This document shows, piece by piece, positions 11,056 to 20,845 of a stretch of DNA of 64,000 nt. The DNA comes from Candidatus Omnitrophota bacterium. GTDB taxonomy: Bacteria; Omnitrophota; Omnitrophia; Omnitrophales; Aquincolibacteriaceae. Where the stretch lies: the NCBI GenBank assembly GCA_022711115.1, contig JAKLFP010000003.1:137199-201198 (forward strand). The letters run 5' to 3'. Made by a program: the position numbers and the translations under genes. The first letter of the stretch is position 1, and the number at the start of each line of letters is the position of its first letter. The notes beneath the pieces are model-generated. The model had not been told where the DNA came from, did not search any database, and was given only the letters and a program-made list of their open reading frames with translations.

Positions 11056-11982
11056 TTACGACGATGAGCCTGGTGCCGACGCAGCGGACGAGACTCCTTC
11101 TGGTGTTTGCTGAGAATTGACTGAGATTTCTTGAGAAACTGGATCTTTAAAATCAAATCCGTTTTTTCCTTCTAAGAATTCGGCGATTTTAGTCCGAAAA
11201 TTTTCTTTGGCAATCATAAGGGCTGTTTGCCCTTGACTGTTTCTGAGACTCGTATCGGCACCACGCGCCACAAGCAAACGAACCACATCTTCACAGCCTA
11301 AAGCCGCTGCCTCCATCAAAGGAGTTTCGTTAAGCTGGCTCCTCTTGTTGATATTCTCACCGGCATTGAGCCTTGACTGGACTGCTTTCATCTGACAATT
11401 TCGGACGGCATGGAAGAGACTATCGGTACCCTGCGAAGTATTAGTGTAAGATGCTTTTGGGGTAGTGCTCGGATTTTGTTTCCCTCCCATTTGATTCAGC
11501 ATCGATGAAAAATCAAACTTTTGTGTATGACCGTCTTGATCCGTTACCGTAAACCTGAGTCCGCATTGTTTTTGATTATTCGCAGAAGGAGCATTCTTAA
11601 AAATATTTTGAGGAAGTCGGCACTGTCTCTTTGAAGATGAAAACATACCCTGCAATGACTCCATGGTTCGCGCATTGCGTTCATGGCGAAGCCCCTGAAC
11701 TTGCTCGAAAAAATGGTACAGCTTTTTCCTTTGATTTGGGTCCGCGTTCCTGGCATAAAAAAAGAGCGCCGCACCGCCTAAAAATACCGCAAATAGACCC
11801 AGAAAAAAAGGCTTTGCAGCCTTCTTCCAATGGACAAACAGAAATACAAGTTGGGCAAAGGGAATGAACAAATACGCTAATCCCCAAAGAATCCCGGCGC
11901 TAAAGGCCGCAATAATCATCCATACGCTGGAGATGAAAGCCAGGACTCCTGCCAGAACCATAACCATAACAGCTAAAGACAT
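11056..11982 (-). CDS. Membrane protein with C-terminal ankyrin repeats
   Basis: N-terminal ~90 aa contain 3 TM helices. The C-terminus carries at least two ankyrin repeats (LFHAVRNCQMKAVQSRLNAGENIN, TPLMEAAALGCEDVVRLLVARGADTSLRNSQGQTALMIA). Confidence 0.7.
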   Translation of the reverse strand: MSLAVMVMVLAGVLAFISSVWMIIAAFSAGILWGLAYLFIPFAQLVFLFVHWKKAAKPFFLGLFAVFLGGAALFFYARNADPNQRKKLYHFFEQVQGLRHERNARTMESLQGMFSSSKRQCRLPQNIFKNAPSANNQKQCGLRFTVTDQDGHTQKFDFSSMLNQMGGKQNPSTTPKASYTNTSQGTDSLFHAVRNCQMKAVQSRLNAGENINKRSQLNETPLMEAAALGCEDVVRLLVARGADTSLRNSQGQTALMIAKENFRTKIAEFLEGKNGFDFKDPVSQEISVNSQQTPEGVSSAASAPGSSS

Positions 11983-12159
11983 ACCACATATCCTTTAGGT
12001 TCCTCTGCATGCGGTTGATATTCCCGCATGGACTCCACCATTTTAAGAAGAGATTTCACCAAATGGATTTTGCGGATTTTTACTATGCGGATAGAATCCT
12101 CAAAGGCTATCACAATTCCGATTCCGGCCAGCAATGCACTTCCCCAAATCATTATTTGC

Positions 12160-13806
12160 CTAAACCTTCATAAGTTTATACTCAATAGCTTCGACAAGGG
12201 CCTTCCAGCTGGCTTCGATGATGTTCTCGTGAACGCCAACCGTGGTCCAGGTCTGGTCCTTGTCCTGGCATCTATTTTTTCCTGATTTACGATTGCCAGG
12301 ATTAGTCCCATTAACCTTTGAATCTTTTGAAAGAGAATGGGGCTTGTCCTGGAATTCGATGAACACGCGCACTTTGGCGGCGGTCCCGGCTTCGGAGTTT
12401 ACCACACGCACTTTATAATCGGTCAGGCGGATTTGCTCGATCACGGGATAGGTCTTGGCAAGCGCCTTGCGGAGCGCGGAATCCAGCGCGTTTACCGGAC
12501 CGTCTCCTTCCGCGGATTCGAAATGTTCCGCGCCCCTGGCCGTGATTTTGACATCGGCGATCGAACGCGGGACGCCCTTGCCGATATTTTCAGTCCTGAC
12601 GGAAATGTCCTCGATCTTGAAAAATGGTTTGAATTTTCCGAGAAGCTTTTGCACCAAGAGTTCAAAGCTCGCTTCCGCAGCCTCGAATTGATAACCTTCA
12701 TGCTCAAGCCGCTGGATCTCAGTCAGGATCTTTTTGGTTTCCGCAGAATCCTTCTGAAAATGCATCTCCAATTCCTTGGCCTTGATCATGATGTTCGTCT
12801 TGCCGCCAAGCTCGGACACGAGGTAGCGCCTGTAATTGCCGATGGCCTTGGGCTCCACATGCTCATAGGTCTTGGCGTTCTTTACCATGGCGTTGATGTG
12901 AACACCGCCTTTATGTGCGAAAGCCGACCGTCCCGTGAACGGTTGATTGTTCACAAGCGGCATATTGCAAACCTCGGCCACATAATGCGACAGCGCTGTC
13001 AGTTCCTTCAGTTTTGCAGGCGAAAAACACTTAAATCCCATTTTGAACTGCAGATCCGGAATGATACTCACAAGATTCGCATTGCCGCAGCGTTCCCCAT
13101 AACCATTGACCGTCCCCTGCACGAGCGCGCAGCCTTCCCCCACGGCCTGCACGGAATTTGCGACAGCAAGCTCGGCGTCATTATGGCAATGGATCCCGAG
13201 CGGTGTCTTGACCGCGCGTTTGACTCTCAGGATCGCGTGTCGAATCTCATGAGGCAATGTCCCGCCGTTGGTGTCGCAAAGTGTGAGATTGTTGGCGCCG
13301 GCTTTCGCGGCCTGCTGCAAGGTTTTAAGCGCGTATTCCGGATTCGCCTTGAACCCGTCAAAGAAATGCTCCGCGTCATAGATCACTTCGATCTTTCTAT
13401 CCTTCAAAAACGCGACGGTCTCATAGATCATGAGCAGGTTTTCTTTGAGTGCGGTCTTGAATACTTCCGTAACATGCATATCCCATGATTTCCCGAAGAT
13501 CGTCACAACCTTGGTTCCGGCCTCAAGCAGGGCTTTCACCTGCGGGTCTTCTTTGACTTTGATGTGGGCACGGCGTGTGGAGCCGAATGCTGTGATTTTT
13601 GAGCGTTTGATCCCGACCTTTTTGATCATGTGGAAAAATTCCATGTCCTTCGGGTTTGAACCCGGCCATCCGCCCTCAATGTAATGGATCCCAAACTGGT
13701 CGAGCCGCTTCGCGATCATCACCTTGTCATGACTCGACAGACTGATCCCCTCCGCCTGTGAACCATCTCGCAATGTTGTGTCGTAAAAAAGTATTTTTCT
13801 CATCAT
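12160..13806 (-). CDS. cimA: Citramalate synthase / 2-isopropylmalate synthase family (long CimA-type)
   Basis: N-terminal DTTLRDGSQAEG motif and HxH metal-binding motifs of the DRE-TIM LeuA/CimA family. The 548-aa length and C-terminal regulatory domain fit CimA/LeuA-dimer-domain proteins. CimA versus LeuA is not resolved from sequence alone. Confidence 0.8.
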   Translation of the reverse strand: MMRKILFYDTTLRDGSQAEGISLSSHDKVMIAKRLDQFGIHYIEGGWPGSNPKDMEFFHMIKKVGIKRSKITAFGSTRRAHIKVKEDPQVKALLEAGTKVVTIFGKSWDMHVTEVFKTALKENLLMIYETVAFLKDRKIEVIYDAEHFFDGFKANPEYALKTLQQAAKAGANNLTLCDTNGGTLPHEIRHAILRVKRAVKTPLGIHCHNDAELAVANSVQAVGEGCALVQGTVNGYGERCGNANLVSIIPDLQFKMGFKCFSPAKLKELTALSHYVAEVCNMPLVNNQPFTGRSAFAHKGGVHINAMVKNAKTYEHVEPKAIGNYRRYLVSELGGKTNIMIKAKELEMHFQKDSAETKKILTEIQRLEHEGYQFEAAEASFELLVQKLLGKFKPFFKIEDISVRTENIGKGVPRSIADVKITARGAEHFESAEGDGPVNALDSALRKALAKTYPVIEQIRLTDYKVRVVNSEAGTAAKVRVFIEFQDKPHSLSKDSKVNGTNPGNRKSGKNRCQDKDQTWTTVGVHENIIEASWKALVEAIEYKLMKV

Positions 13807-13817
13807 TTTTCCCTGCC

Positions 13818-13913
13818 GTCATTGCGAACGAAGTGAAGCAATCTCCTGATATTAAAACTAATGAAGTATTAATAAAACGAGATTGCTTCGCCGTCTACGC
13901 GGCTCGCAATGAC
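13818..13913. repeat. Palindromic intergenic repeat, copy A (GTCATTGCGA...GGCTCGCAATGAC)
   Basis: 96-bp element with 10-11 bp terminal inverted repeats. Internal imperfect arms are GCAATCTC and GAGATTGC. It sits between the lysC stop and the cimA ribosome-binding site. Related copies are at 51919-52011 and 53601-53706. Confidence 0.7.
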
Positions 13914-13920
13914 AGAATCT

Positions 13921-15141
13921 CTACTTGCCCTTCCCAAGTCCGAATGCCTTATGGATCACTTGGGCGGCGAGCTTGCCTTTGTCGCCGGCAACCACCACAG
14001 AAATTTTGATTTCGGACGTGGAGATCATATCGATATTGATCTTGTTTTTCGCGAGCACGGAGAACATCTTGGACGCGATCCCGGAATGCGAACGCATGCC
14101 GATCCCGACCACGCTGACCTTCGCGATATTCTGGTCGCTCACGACCTCGCCCACGCCAAGTTTTTTCGCGCTGGAGTTGACCACTTTGAGCGCTTTTTGA
14201 AGCTCGTTCTTGAAGACGGTGAACGAAATATCAGTCGAATTTGTTTTCGTCTTGTTCTGGATGATCATGTCCACGTTGACGTTCGCGTCCGCGAGCGTTT
14301 GAAAGATCTTGGCCGCGACTCCCGGGCGGTCCTGAACGCGGAACAACGTGATCTTAGCTTCATCTTCTGCGAGCGCAACACCGCTGACAACGACTTCTTC
14401 CATGGCTTTATTCTCCTTCGTAATAAGAGTTCCTTTGACTTCTTTATGAGAGTTACAGACCCAAATGGGCATGTTGAATTTTTTGCCAACCTCGATCGAG
14501 CGCGAGTGCATGACCTTGGCGCCGAGCGAGGCGAGTTCCAGGATCTCATCATACGTCACCTGGTCCATTTTTTTCGCATCCGGGATCACACGCGGGTCCG
14601 CGGTATAAATGCCGTCCACGTCAGTATAAATTTCGCAATGCTTGGCCTTGAGCGCTACCGCGAGCGCCACGGCCGTCAGATCCGAACCGCCCCGGCCGAG
14701 CGTGGTGATCTCACCTGCCGGCGTCTGCCCCTGAAACCCGGCCACGATCACGATCTTGCCTTGAACAAGCGCCTTTTTGATGCGATCCGGGCTGATATTC
14801 TGGATGCGTGCCTTGCTATGAAAAGCATCGGTAATAATGCCGACCTGTGGTCCCGTAAACGAAACCGCTTCATGGCCCAGTTTATGGATCGCCATCGCGA
14901 GCAGCGCGATCGAGACCTGCTCTCCGGTCGCGAGCAGCATGTCCATCTCGCGCTCTTGAGGGTCCGGATTGATCTGTTTCGAAAGGTCGATCAAATCGTC
15001 GGTCATATCTCCCATCGCGGAAACGACGACCACGACCTTGTTGCCCGCCTTCTTTCTTTTGATAACACGTTGAGCGACTCGCAAGATCTTCTCCGCGTTC
15101 GCGACCGAAGAACCACCGTACTTTTGAACAATGAGTGACAT
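13921..15141 (-). CDS. lysC: Aspartate kinase (monofunctional, with ACT domains)
   Basis: N-terminal VQKYGGSSV signature, VVVVSAMGD motif and two C-terminal ACT domains. 406 aa. Confidence 0.9.
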   Translation of the reverse strand: MSLIVQKYGGSSVANAEKILRVAQRVIKRKKAGNKVVVVVSAMGDMTDDLIDLSKQINPDPQEREMDMLLATGEQVSIALLAMAIHKLGHEAVSFTGPQVGIITDAFHSKARIQNISPDRIKKALVQGKIVIVAGFQGQTPAGEITTLGRGGSDLTAVALAVALKAKHCEIYTDVDGIYTADPRVIPDAKKMDQVTYDEILELASLGAKVMHSRSIEVGKKFNMPIWVCNSHKEVKGTLITKENKAMEEVVVSGVALAEDEAKITLFRVQDRPGVAAKIFQTLADANVNVDMIIQNKTKTNSTDISFTVFKNELQKALKVVNSSAKKLGVGEVVSDQNIAKVSVVGIGMRSHSGIASKMFSVLAKNKINIDMISTSEIKISVVVAGDKGKLAAQVIHKAFGLGKGK

Positions 15142-15177
15142 TTGAGTTTACCCTACCTTACCTTGCAGATTGGACGG

Positions 15178-16383
15178 TCACGACGCCTTCGAGAAAAAGA
15201 AAGGCATCAGCTCCGTGCTTTTGTTGAATTTGAGTTCAGAGGTTTTGGACGCAACCTCGGAAAATTTTTCGACCTCGTCCGCCACAATGTTTTTACCCAC
15301 CACGGCAAAAGGAACGGCATCGCGAACGATCCCTTTCATTTTCCAAACAGCGGCATGCCCCGGCGTGATCAGAAGGCGCGTGTCTTTTGATCGGTCCAGG
15401 TATTTCCGGATCTTTGAAAACACAAAAAAATCGATCCCTTCGATCGCGGCTAGTTTTCCTTTGATATCCCCGGCCCTCGACGCTTCATCAGGTGTGTGAA
15501 GATACAAACAAACAAAATCTTTTTCATCCAAGGCATCCAGCGCCACTTTGGAGATCTTGTCATAAAAAATGGCGGACTCTTCACCCTCTTCCTTGACTTC
15601 CATCACGGTCAGTCCCGCCAAACGTCCGAAACCCTTCGCGAATTCTCGGACAGCGACCATCGCCCCGCCCGTAATTTCAAACATCTCACGCAAAGGTTGC
15701 AGTACCGGCTTGCAGCCCTGCCCCCACAGCCAAATCATGTTTGCGGGATTTTCGCCGAGGTCCACACGCACCTGATTGATTTCATGGTCCTGCAGAAGCA
15801 ATTTGGCATCATACATCAGCTTGCGCATCAGCTCTTCACCAGGACCTTTCGGAAGACATGATTCGATTTTTTCACCGATCGCTTCGTCCGGCGATCTGGT
15901 TTTCGCGGAAAGGGCCTCTGCGCCGTGTGCGTCTTTGAGGACCGCGATATGACGGTGTCCCGAACCCGGAAAAAAACGGACAAAATCGCTCGCCACTTTC
16001 TTGTTCAGAAAATTCACAAGGGCCTTGGCTTCTTTCGTGCTGATATTTCCCGCAGTCGGATCGGCAAGCATTCCCGAAGCCTCGGTAATAAAATTCATGC
16101 AAAATGCGACTTCTTTGTCATCCAGCTTGAGTTCAAGGTTCGCGGCCTCCAAAGGCCCGCGGCCCGTATAAAGCTTGGCAGCATCATACCCGAGCGTGTT
16201 GAACAAACTGATATCCGAAGAGAGCTGGAGACGATCCGAGACGAGTTTAGCAGTTCCTATTTTGCCGCTCCTGGCGAAAAAATTCAGGTTTGGAATTTTG
16301 GCCACTTCCAAAGGTGTTTTCCCGCCGAGTTCTTCGGTAGGATGGTCCGCAGCACCCGCGAGTATCACCACGATATACTTCAT
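15178..16383 (-). CDS. Cofactor-independent phosphoglycerate mutase family (ApgM-like) protein, probably the non-orthologous homoserine kinase
   Basis: 401-aa protein of the archaeal-type iPGM / metalloenzyme phosphomutase family. It sits between lysC and thrC and overlaps the thrC stop by ATGA. No canonical GHMP-type thrB is in the operon. Confidence 0.7.
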   Translation of the reverse strand: MKYIVVILAGAADHPTEELGGKTPLEVAKIPNLNFFARSGKIGTAKLVSDRLQLSSDISLFNTLGYDAAKLYTGRGPLEAANLELKLDDKEVAFCMNFITEASGMLADPTAGNISTKEAKALVNFLNKKVASDFVRFFPGSGHRHIAVLKDAHGAEALSAKTRSPDEAIGEKIESCLPKGPGEELMRKLMYDAKLLLQDHEINQVRVDLGENPANMIWLWGQGCKPVLQPLREMFEITGGAMVAVREFAKGFGRLAGLTVMEVKEEGEESAIFYDKISKVALDALDEKDFVCLYLHTPDEASRAGDIKGKLAAIEGIDFFVFSKIRKYLDRSKDTRLLITPGHAAVWKMKGIVRDAVPFAVVGKNIVADEVEKFSEVASKTSELKFNKSTELMPFFFSKAS

Positions 16384-17453
16384 GCTCCGATTACCTCCCT
16401 GACAGCATTGATGCTGGATTTGACTTTATAGACCGGATCGTCAAAACTGAGCGCGAATTCCGGATCCTTCAGACCCGCTCCCGTGAGCGTGATCACGATC
16501 CGTGTTCCCTCTTTGAAAAATTTCTTTTTCGCGAGTTTGATCACTCCCGCAACGGGAGCCGCGCAAGCCGGTTCCGCAAAAACCCCTTCGCGTTCCGCGA
16601 TAAAACGGTACGCCTGTGTGATTTCTTCATCGGTCACCATGTCAATCAATCCGCCGGATTCATCACGCGCCGCAACAGCTCCCTGCCAGCTCGCCGGATT
16701 ACCGATACGGATCGCAGTGGCGAGGGTCTCCGGTTTCTCCACCGGATGGCCCAGCACGATCGGGGCCGAACCCGCGGCCTGAAAGCCAATCATCTTGGGC
16801 AGAATTTCGGATTTTCCAGCTTTTTTGTATTCCTTGTAACCCTTCCAATAAGCCGTAATATTGCCGGCATTCCCGACAGGGATCGCATGATATTCCGGCG
16901 CGTCCCCAAGATCATCCACGATCTCGAACGCCGCGGTCTTTTGTCCCTCAATGCGGAATGGATTGATCGAGTTTACCAACGTGATCTTCCCGTCTCGGGT
17001 CATTTCTTTGACCAATTCAAGCGCCTGATCAAAATTCCCCTCGATCATAATGACTTTGGCACCGTAGCGGTAAGCCTGCAGAAGCTTCCCTTTCGCGATC
17101 TTTCCCTCCGGGATCAGCACATAGCATTTCAACCCGCAGCGGCAGGCGTAGGCCGCGGCAGATGCGGACGTATTGCCTGTCGAGGCGCACATCACGGCCT
17201 TCGCGCCGGCTTCCATCGCTTTCGAGATCGCCATGGTCATCCCGCGATCCTTGAAAGACCCGGTAGGATTCAACCCCTCGAACTTGTAATAAATCCGGAT
17301 ATTCTTCAGCCCCAACTCAAGCGGCAAGGCTTCGGCCAGAATGAGCGGCGTATTCCCTTCATTGAGCGAAATAATAGGCGTCTTGTCCGTAACGGGAAGA
17401 AATTCCTGGTACCGCTCAATGATCCCTATTTTTTTAACAGCGTATTTTCCCAT
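16380..17453 (-). CDS. thrC: Threonine synthase
   Basis: PLP-lysine motif SFKDRGM and fold-type II PLP enzyme features. 357 aa. Confidence 0.9.
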   Translation of the reverse strand: MGKYAVKKIGIIERYQEFLPVTDKTPIISLNEGNTPLILAEALPLELGLKNIRIYYKFEGLNPTGSFKDRGMTMAISKAMEAGAKAVMCASTGNTSASAAAYACRCGLKCYVLIPEGKIAKGKLLQAYRYGAKVIMIEGNFDQALELVKEMTRDGKITLVNSINPFRIEGQKTAAFEIVDDLGDAPEYHAIPVGNAGNITAYWKGYKEYKKAGKSEILPKMIGFQAAGSAPIVLGHPVEKPETLATAIRIGNPASWQGAVAARDESGGLIDMVTDEEITQAYRFIAEREGVFAEPACAAPVAGVIKLAKKKFFKEGTRIVITLTGAGLKDPEFALSFDDPVYKVKSSINAVREVIGA

Positions 17454-17458
17454 GAAAC

Positions 17459-18754
17459 TTAGGCCCCTTCGATACGAATCACTTGAGTTTTGCCCTTGAT
17501 ATAAGGCAGACGGTCAATTTCATGAACCGCGGCCCGAAGATCCTTTTCATGCGCCCCATGCGTCAGAAGGATCAACGGCACCGCGCGGCCGGCACTGCGC
17601 TCGCGCTGGATCACATCTGAAATACTGATTTGGTATTTCCCGAGAATTTTCGAAATGCCTGCCAAGACACTCGGTTTGTCGATCACATAGAATCGCAGAT
17701 AATAACGCGACAAAATCGAGGAAATGCTTTTCACCGGAATGGTCTTGCCGAGCGCGCGAACCATAAAGTGATCTTCCGCAGGCCCTTGCGCACCGGCTTT
17801 CGCAATATCCACAAGGTCCGCGACGATCGCGCTGGCAGTCGGATGCGGTCCGGCACCGCGACCGTAGAAAAGAACATCCCCGACTTCATCGCCGTGCATG
17901 AGGATCGCATTAAAAGAACCGTTGACGTTTGCGAGAATATGCGAATTCGGCAAAAGGGTCGGCTGAACCCGAGCCTCCATGCCGTCACCCGTTTTTTTTG
18001 CAATGGCAAGCAGCTTGATCGTATAACCAAACTCTTTGGCAAAAGCGATATCATCGCTTGAAACCGCGGTGATTCCTTCACAGTAGATATCCTTGAATTT
18101 TACTTTCCCGCCGAACGCAAAACGCGCGAGGATCGCTAGCTTGTGCGCAGCATCAACGCCATGGATATCCAATGATGGATTCGCTTCGGCATAACCTTGT
18201 TGTTGGGCCCCGGTCAAAGCATCCGCAAAGCTGGTCCCTTGGATAGTCATTTGGGTCAAGATATAATTCGTCGTTCCGTTGATAATCGCATGCACGGAAT
18301 CAATGCGATTGGCCGCAAGTCCTTCGCGAAGCGCCTTAATACAAGGAATCCCGCCGCCCACGCTTGCCTCAAAGCAAAGCCAGCGTTTCTTCCGGTGTGC
18401 AAGTTCAAATATCTCATCGCCATATTCCGCAAGGAGAGCCTTGTTCGCCGTCACAACATGTTTGCCGTGCTTCAGGGATTCCTTGATCAATTCGCGGGCC
18501 ACAGTCGTGCCGCCGATCAGCTCCACGATCACATCGATGGCCGGATCCCGCACCACGGCAAAAGCGTCCTTGGTCATAAGGCTTGGGGGAGGATGAACCT
18601 TCCGCCTGGCATTCGGATATTTCTCCGCAATCCTCTTGAGCTCAAAGGAAACGCCGAGTTGTCTCTCAAATAACGATTTTTTGGCCTTTAGAATTTCATA
18701 GAGGCCGGAACCGATTTGTCCAAGACCGAGAAGTCCGATATTGATTTTTTTCAT
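17459..18754 (-). CDS. hom: Homoserine dehydrogenase
   Basis: N-terminal NAD-binding GLGxxG, a central catalytic domain and a C-terminal ACT domain. 431 aa. Confidence 0.9.
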   Translation of the reverse strand: MKKINIGLLGLGQIGSGLYEILKAKKSLFERQLGVSFELKRIAEKYPNARRKVHPPPSLMTKDAFAVVRDPAIDVIVELIGGTTVARELIKESLKHGKHVVTANKALLAEYGDEIFELAHRKKRWLCFEASVGGGIPCIKALREGLAANRIDSVHAIINGTTNYILTQMTIQGTSFADALTGAQQQGYAEANPSLDIHGVDAAHKLAILARFAFGGKVKFKDIYCEGITAVSSDDIAFAKEFGYTIKLLAIAKKTGDGMEARVQPTLLPNSHILANVNGSFNAILMHGDEVGDVLFYGRGAGPHPTASAIVADLVDIAKAGAQGPAEDHFMVRALGKTIPVKSISSILSRYYLRFYVIDKPSVLAGISKILGKYQISISDVIQRERSAGRAVPLILLTHGAHEKDLRAAVHEIDRLPYIKGKTQVIRIEGA

Positions 18755-19171
18755 TTTTTCCGTTTAACAGGTTCTCATAATGCGTTTTCATTGATTTAAT
18801 AGGTTCGCAGTATTGCCCTTGTCTTTCATTTTATTTTATCCATGAGTGACAAGGACTACACTTGTTACCCTTTAGCTTTAAAAAACAAGTGTTGTACCGT
18901 TTACCCATAAAATTTAATCTCAAACGGTACTAAGTTCAGAACTGATATTAGGTTAGAAAAGTTGGAACAGTATAACTTACCTGAGAGTAAAAATCAAACA
19001 AGGTTGCCCCTCTAAAAAAGCTCCCTGGATCAGGGGCCGTGCTTCACGGTGAGATTCTTGTCATGCGTTGTCCGTTGCGCGCTCCACATTTTCCCCTACC
19101 CACTTCAAGAATGATTCATGTATACTATTTTTGTTCGCTTGATATCAAAACCTTAAATAAGGAATCTCAAT

Positions 19172-19597
19172 ATGAAACGATCCTTTCTTATGATTCTCGT
19201 TCTTGTAACTGCCATAACCAGTCTCGGTATGAGCCGCCGGGGACAATATGATGAAGACGCTATAGCGCAGGAAAAAGTTCAGCAGGAGATCTCTAAGGAA
19301 AATGCTGTTCCCGAATCAAAACATCCCGCGAAGAATTTCGCAGCCGGAGTTAAAGAATTGACCGTCGATAACGCCAAAGATGCCCTCGCGGATACAACAG
19401 AAGGGACCATCTCCAAAAATCCCGTGGCCGGGACTCTGGAAGGAGCGCGTCAAGGCGGGGATAAGGTCATCGACAACACCATTAAAGGCGTAAAAAAAGT
19501 TGTTTCATTCGGCTATGCCAAAGACGACAGTTACGAGGTTGAGGAAGCTAAGGCCGGTTCGGGTGACGCCGCTAAAATCAAACTTTTTAAGTTTTAA
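19172..19597 (+). CDS. Small secreted hypothetical protein (signal peptide, hydrophilic, C-terminal ...KLFKF)
   Basis: 141 aa. A good ribosome-binding site (AAGGAA) precedes it and an N-terminal signal peptide is predicted. It is followed by a canonical intrinsic terminator. Confidence 0.5.
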   Translation: MKRSFLMILVLVTAITSLGMSRRGQYDEDAIAQEKVQQEISKENAVPESKHPAKNFAAGVKELTVDNAKDALADTTEGTISKNPVAGTLEGARQGGDKVIDNTIKGVKKVVSFGYAKDDSYEVEEAKAGSGDAAKIKLFKF

Positions 19598-19616
19598 TCC
19601 ATCGATCTATCCCGAA

Positions 19617-19653
19617 ACAAAAAAGCCAGGCTAAATCAGCCTGGCTTTTTTTA
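19617..19653 (+). terminator. Rho-independent terminator (possibly bidirectional)
   Basis: GC-rich hairpin GCCAGGCT-AAAT-CAGCCTGGC followed by TTTTTTT and preceded by AAAAAA. Confidence 0.75.
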
Positions 19654-19767
19654 TGTTGATGATACCGAGTACCACATCCATCCGTTCCCTTACGTGCCTG
19701 GTTCTCTTCAAGGACTGAGGCTTCCATCGCAGTGAAGGAACATCCACATCAAAGAATCATCGCAACT

Positions 19768-20061
19768 TCATCTATGCAGCAAAAGCAATACAGCTCCTAA
19801 GACAAGCACCTTGACGGACAGAAACTTTATAAAAAATCTGAGGTTTTCTTTGGTCAGCTTTTTCCGGAAATAAAGCCGGAGAATGTATAAATAATAGCTG
19901 AGGATAATCCCAAAAGCCGTGAAGCTGGCCCAATGAAAATGGGAGTGGCGATCCGAAAAATCCAGCCCAAAGACAATCAGGGCCAGAAAAAATGACGCGG
20001 CATACGGCCAGCAGCAATCGCGCGTGTAAAACGTGCGGACATTTCTTGGGAATGAGTGCAT
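19768..20061 (-). CDS. Small hypothetical membrane protein
   Basis: 97-aa ORF with 2-3 hydrophobic helices. It runs in the same orientation as the upstream msbA and small-gene pair. Coding status is uncertain. Confidence 0.35.
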   Translation of the reverse strand: MHSFPRNVRTFYTRDCCWPYAASFFLALIVFGLDFSDRHSHFHWASFTAFGIILSYYLYILRLYFRKKLTKENLRFFIKFLSVKVLVLGAVLLLLHR

Positions 20062-20156
20062 GTTTTTGCGTGTTTTGATCTTTTTTGAAATGAACGGACT
20101 TAATGAGAAATCAAATTTCGGAGGACCGCGTTACCGGCATCCGTCACCCATCGATT

Positions 20157-20489
20157 TCAACGATCCCGGCGAGCGGCATAAAAAAAGCCTGAAAAGTAAC
20201 GATGCCATGCCTCGTCGGTAAATTGGAATTGATTATCCCCAAAAAGATAATCCACGAAAAATTCACGAATCCGGGCGAGTTCTTTGCGTCTGGAAAAACC
20301 GGCGTTGCTTTCCAAGCTTAAATCAATCAGTTCAAGAGCCCGCTCAAAAGATTTTTGGCAATACGTTTCTTTCTGCTTTGCGCGCCAAGCCAAGGCCCGT
20401 TCCACTTCACTGCCGATGTTGGCCATTTGCTCCATGAACGGCATTTTTGCCCAACGCCCCTGAGTGAGTTCCCGATGCTGACAAATCAT
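20157..20489 (-). CDS. Hypothetical all-alpha small protein (downstream member of an overlapped gene pair)
   Basis: 110-aa ORF whose start overlaps the stop of the upstream gene by ATGA. No motif is recognised with confidence. It has weak resemblance to small all-alpha NTP-pyrophosphatase/HEPN-like folds. Confidence 0.5.
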   Translation of the reverse strand: MICQHRELTQGRWAKMPFMEQMANIGSEVERALAWRAKQKETYCQKSFERALELIDLSLESNAGFSRRKELARIREFFVDYLFGDNQFQFTDEAWHRYFSGFFYAARRDR

Positions 20490-20827
20490 TTCCGGACCTT
20501 TTCAAAAATGATTTTGGATATTGCTTCGCGCACTTTCAATTGATCCACACCGCGACTTTGATTGCCTTGTGAAGGTCGCACATTGATGAGTGAATCATAT
20601 TGGATGAAAGAATCCTCCGGCGCATCCGGGTAAAGATTGATGCCCCAAAGATCTTTTTGTTTTGATCCATGTTCAAGAAGAAGACTTTCGAGATCGGCAT
20701 GGAGTTCCCCGTCAAGAGCGACGATTTGCCGTTCAATGTCGACAACGGCTTTCACCATATCGCCGAACATAGCCGCGGCCATCCGCCTCAATTCCTCAAG
20801 TGAAATGGTTTCCGTGATTATGTTCAT
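20486..20827 (-). CDS. Hypothetical small protein (upstream member of an overlapped gene pair)
   Basis: 113-aa ORF that starts 18 bp after the msbA stop and is translationally coupled to the next gene. No recognised catalytic motif. Confidence 0.5.
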   Translation of the reverse strand: MNIITETISLEELRRMAAAMFGDMVKAVVDIERQIVALDGELHADLESLLLEHGSKQKDLWGINLYPDAPEDSFIQYDSLINVRPSQGNQSRGVDQLKVREAISKIIFEKVRK

Positions 20828-20845
20828 AGGCGGTTCGCTCTCAAA

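Noticed and set aside
12337-13488. 383-aa plus-strand ORF
   Set aside because: It is antisense to the cimA/leuA-family gene. The composition is Arg/His-rich and low-complexity. Shadow ORF.
13909-15138. 409-aa plus-strand ORF
   Set aside because: It is antisense to aspartate kinase (lysC). It is Asp/Arg-rich and repetitive with no motif. Shadow ORF.
18755-19171. Looked for a Thr/Ile-rich attenuator leader peptide upstream of hom
   Set aside because: The small ORFs on the minus strand (MGKRYNTCFLKLKGNKCSPCHSWIK, MKDKGNTANLLNQ and similar) are not enriched in Thr or Ile. So a classical thr attenuator is not supported, and only hairpins are reported.
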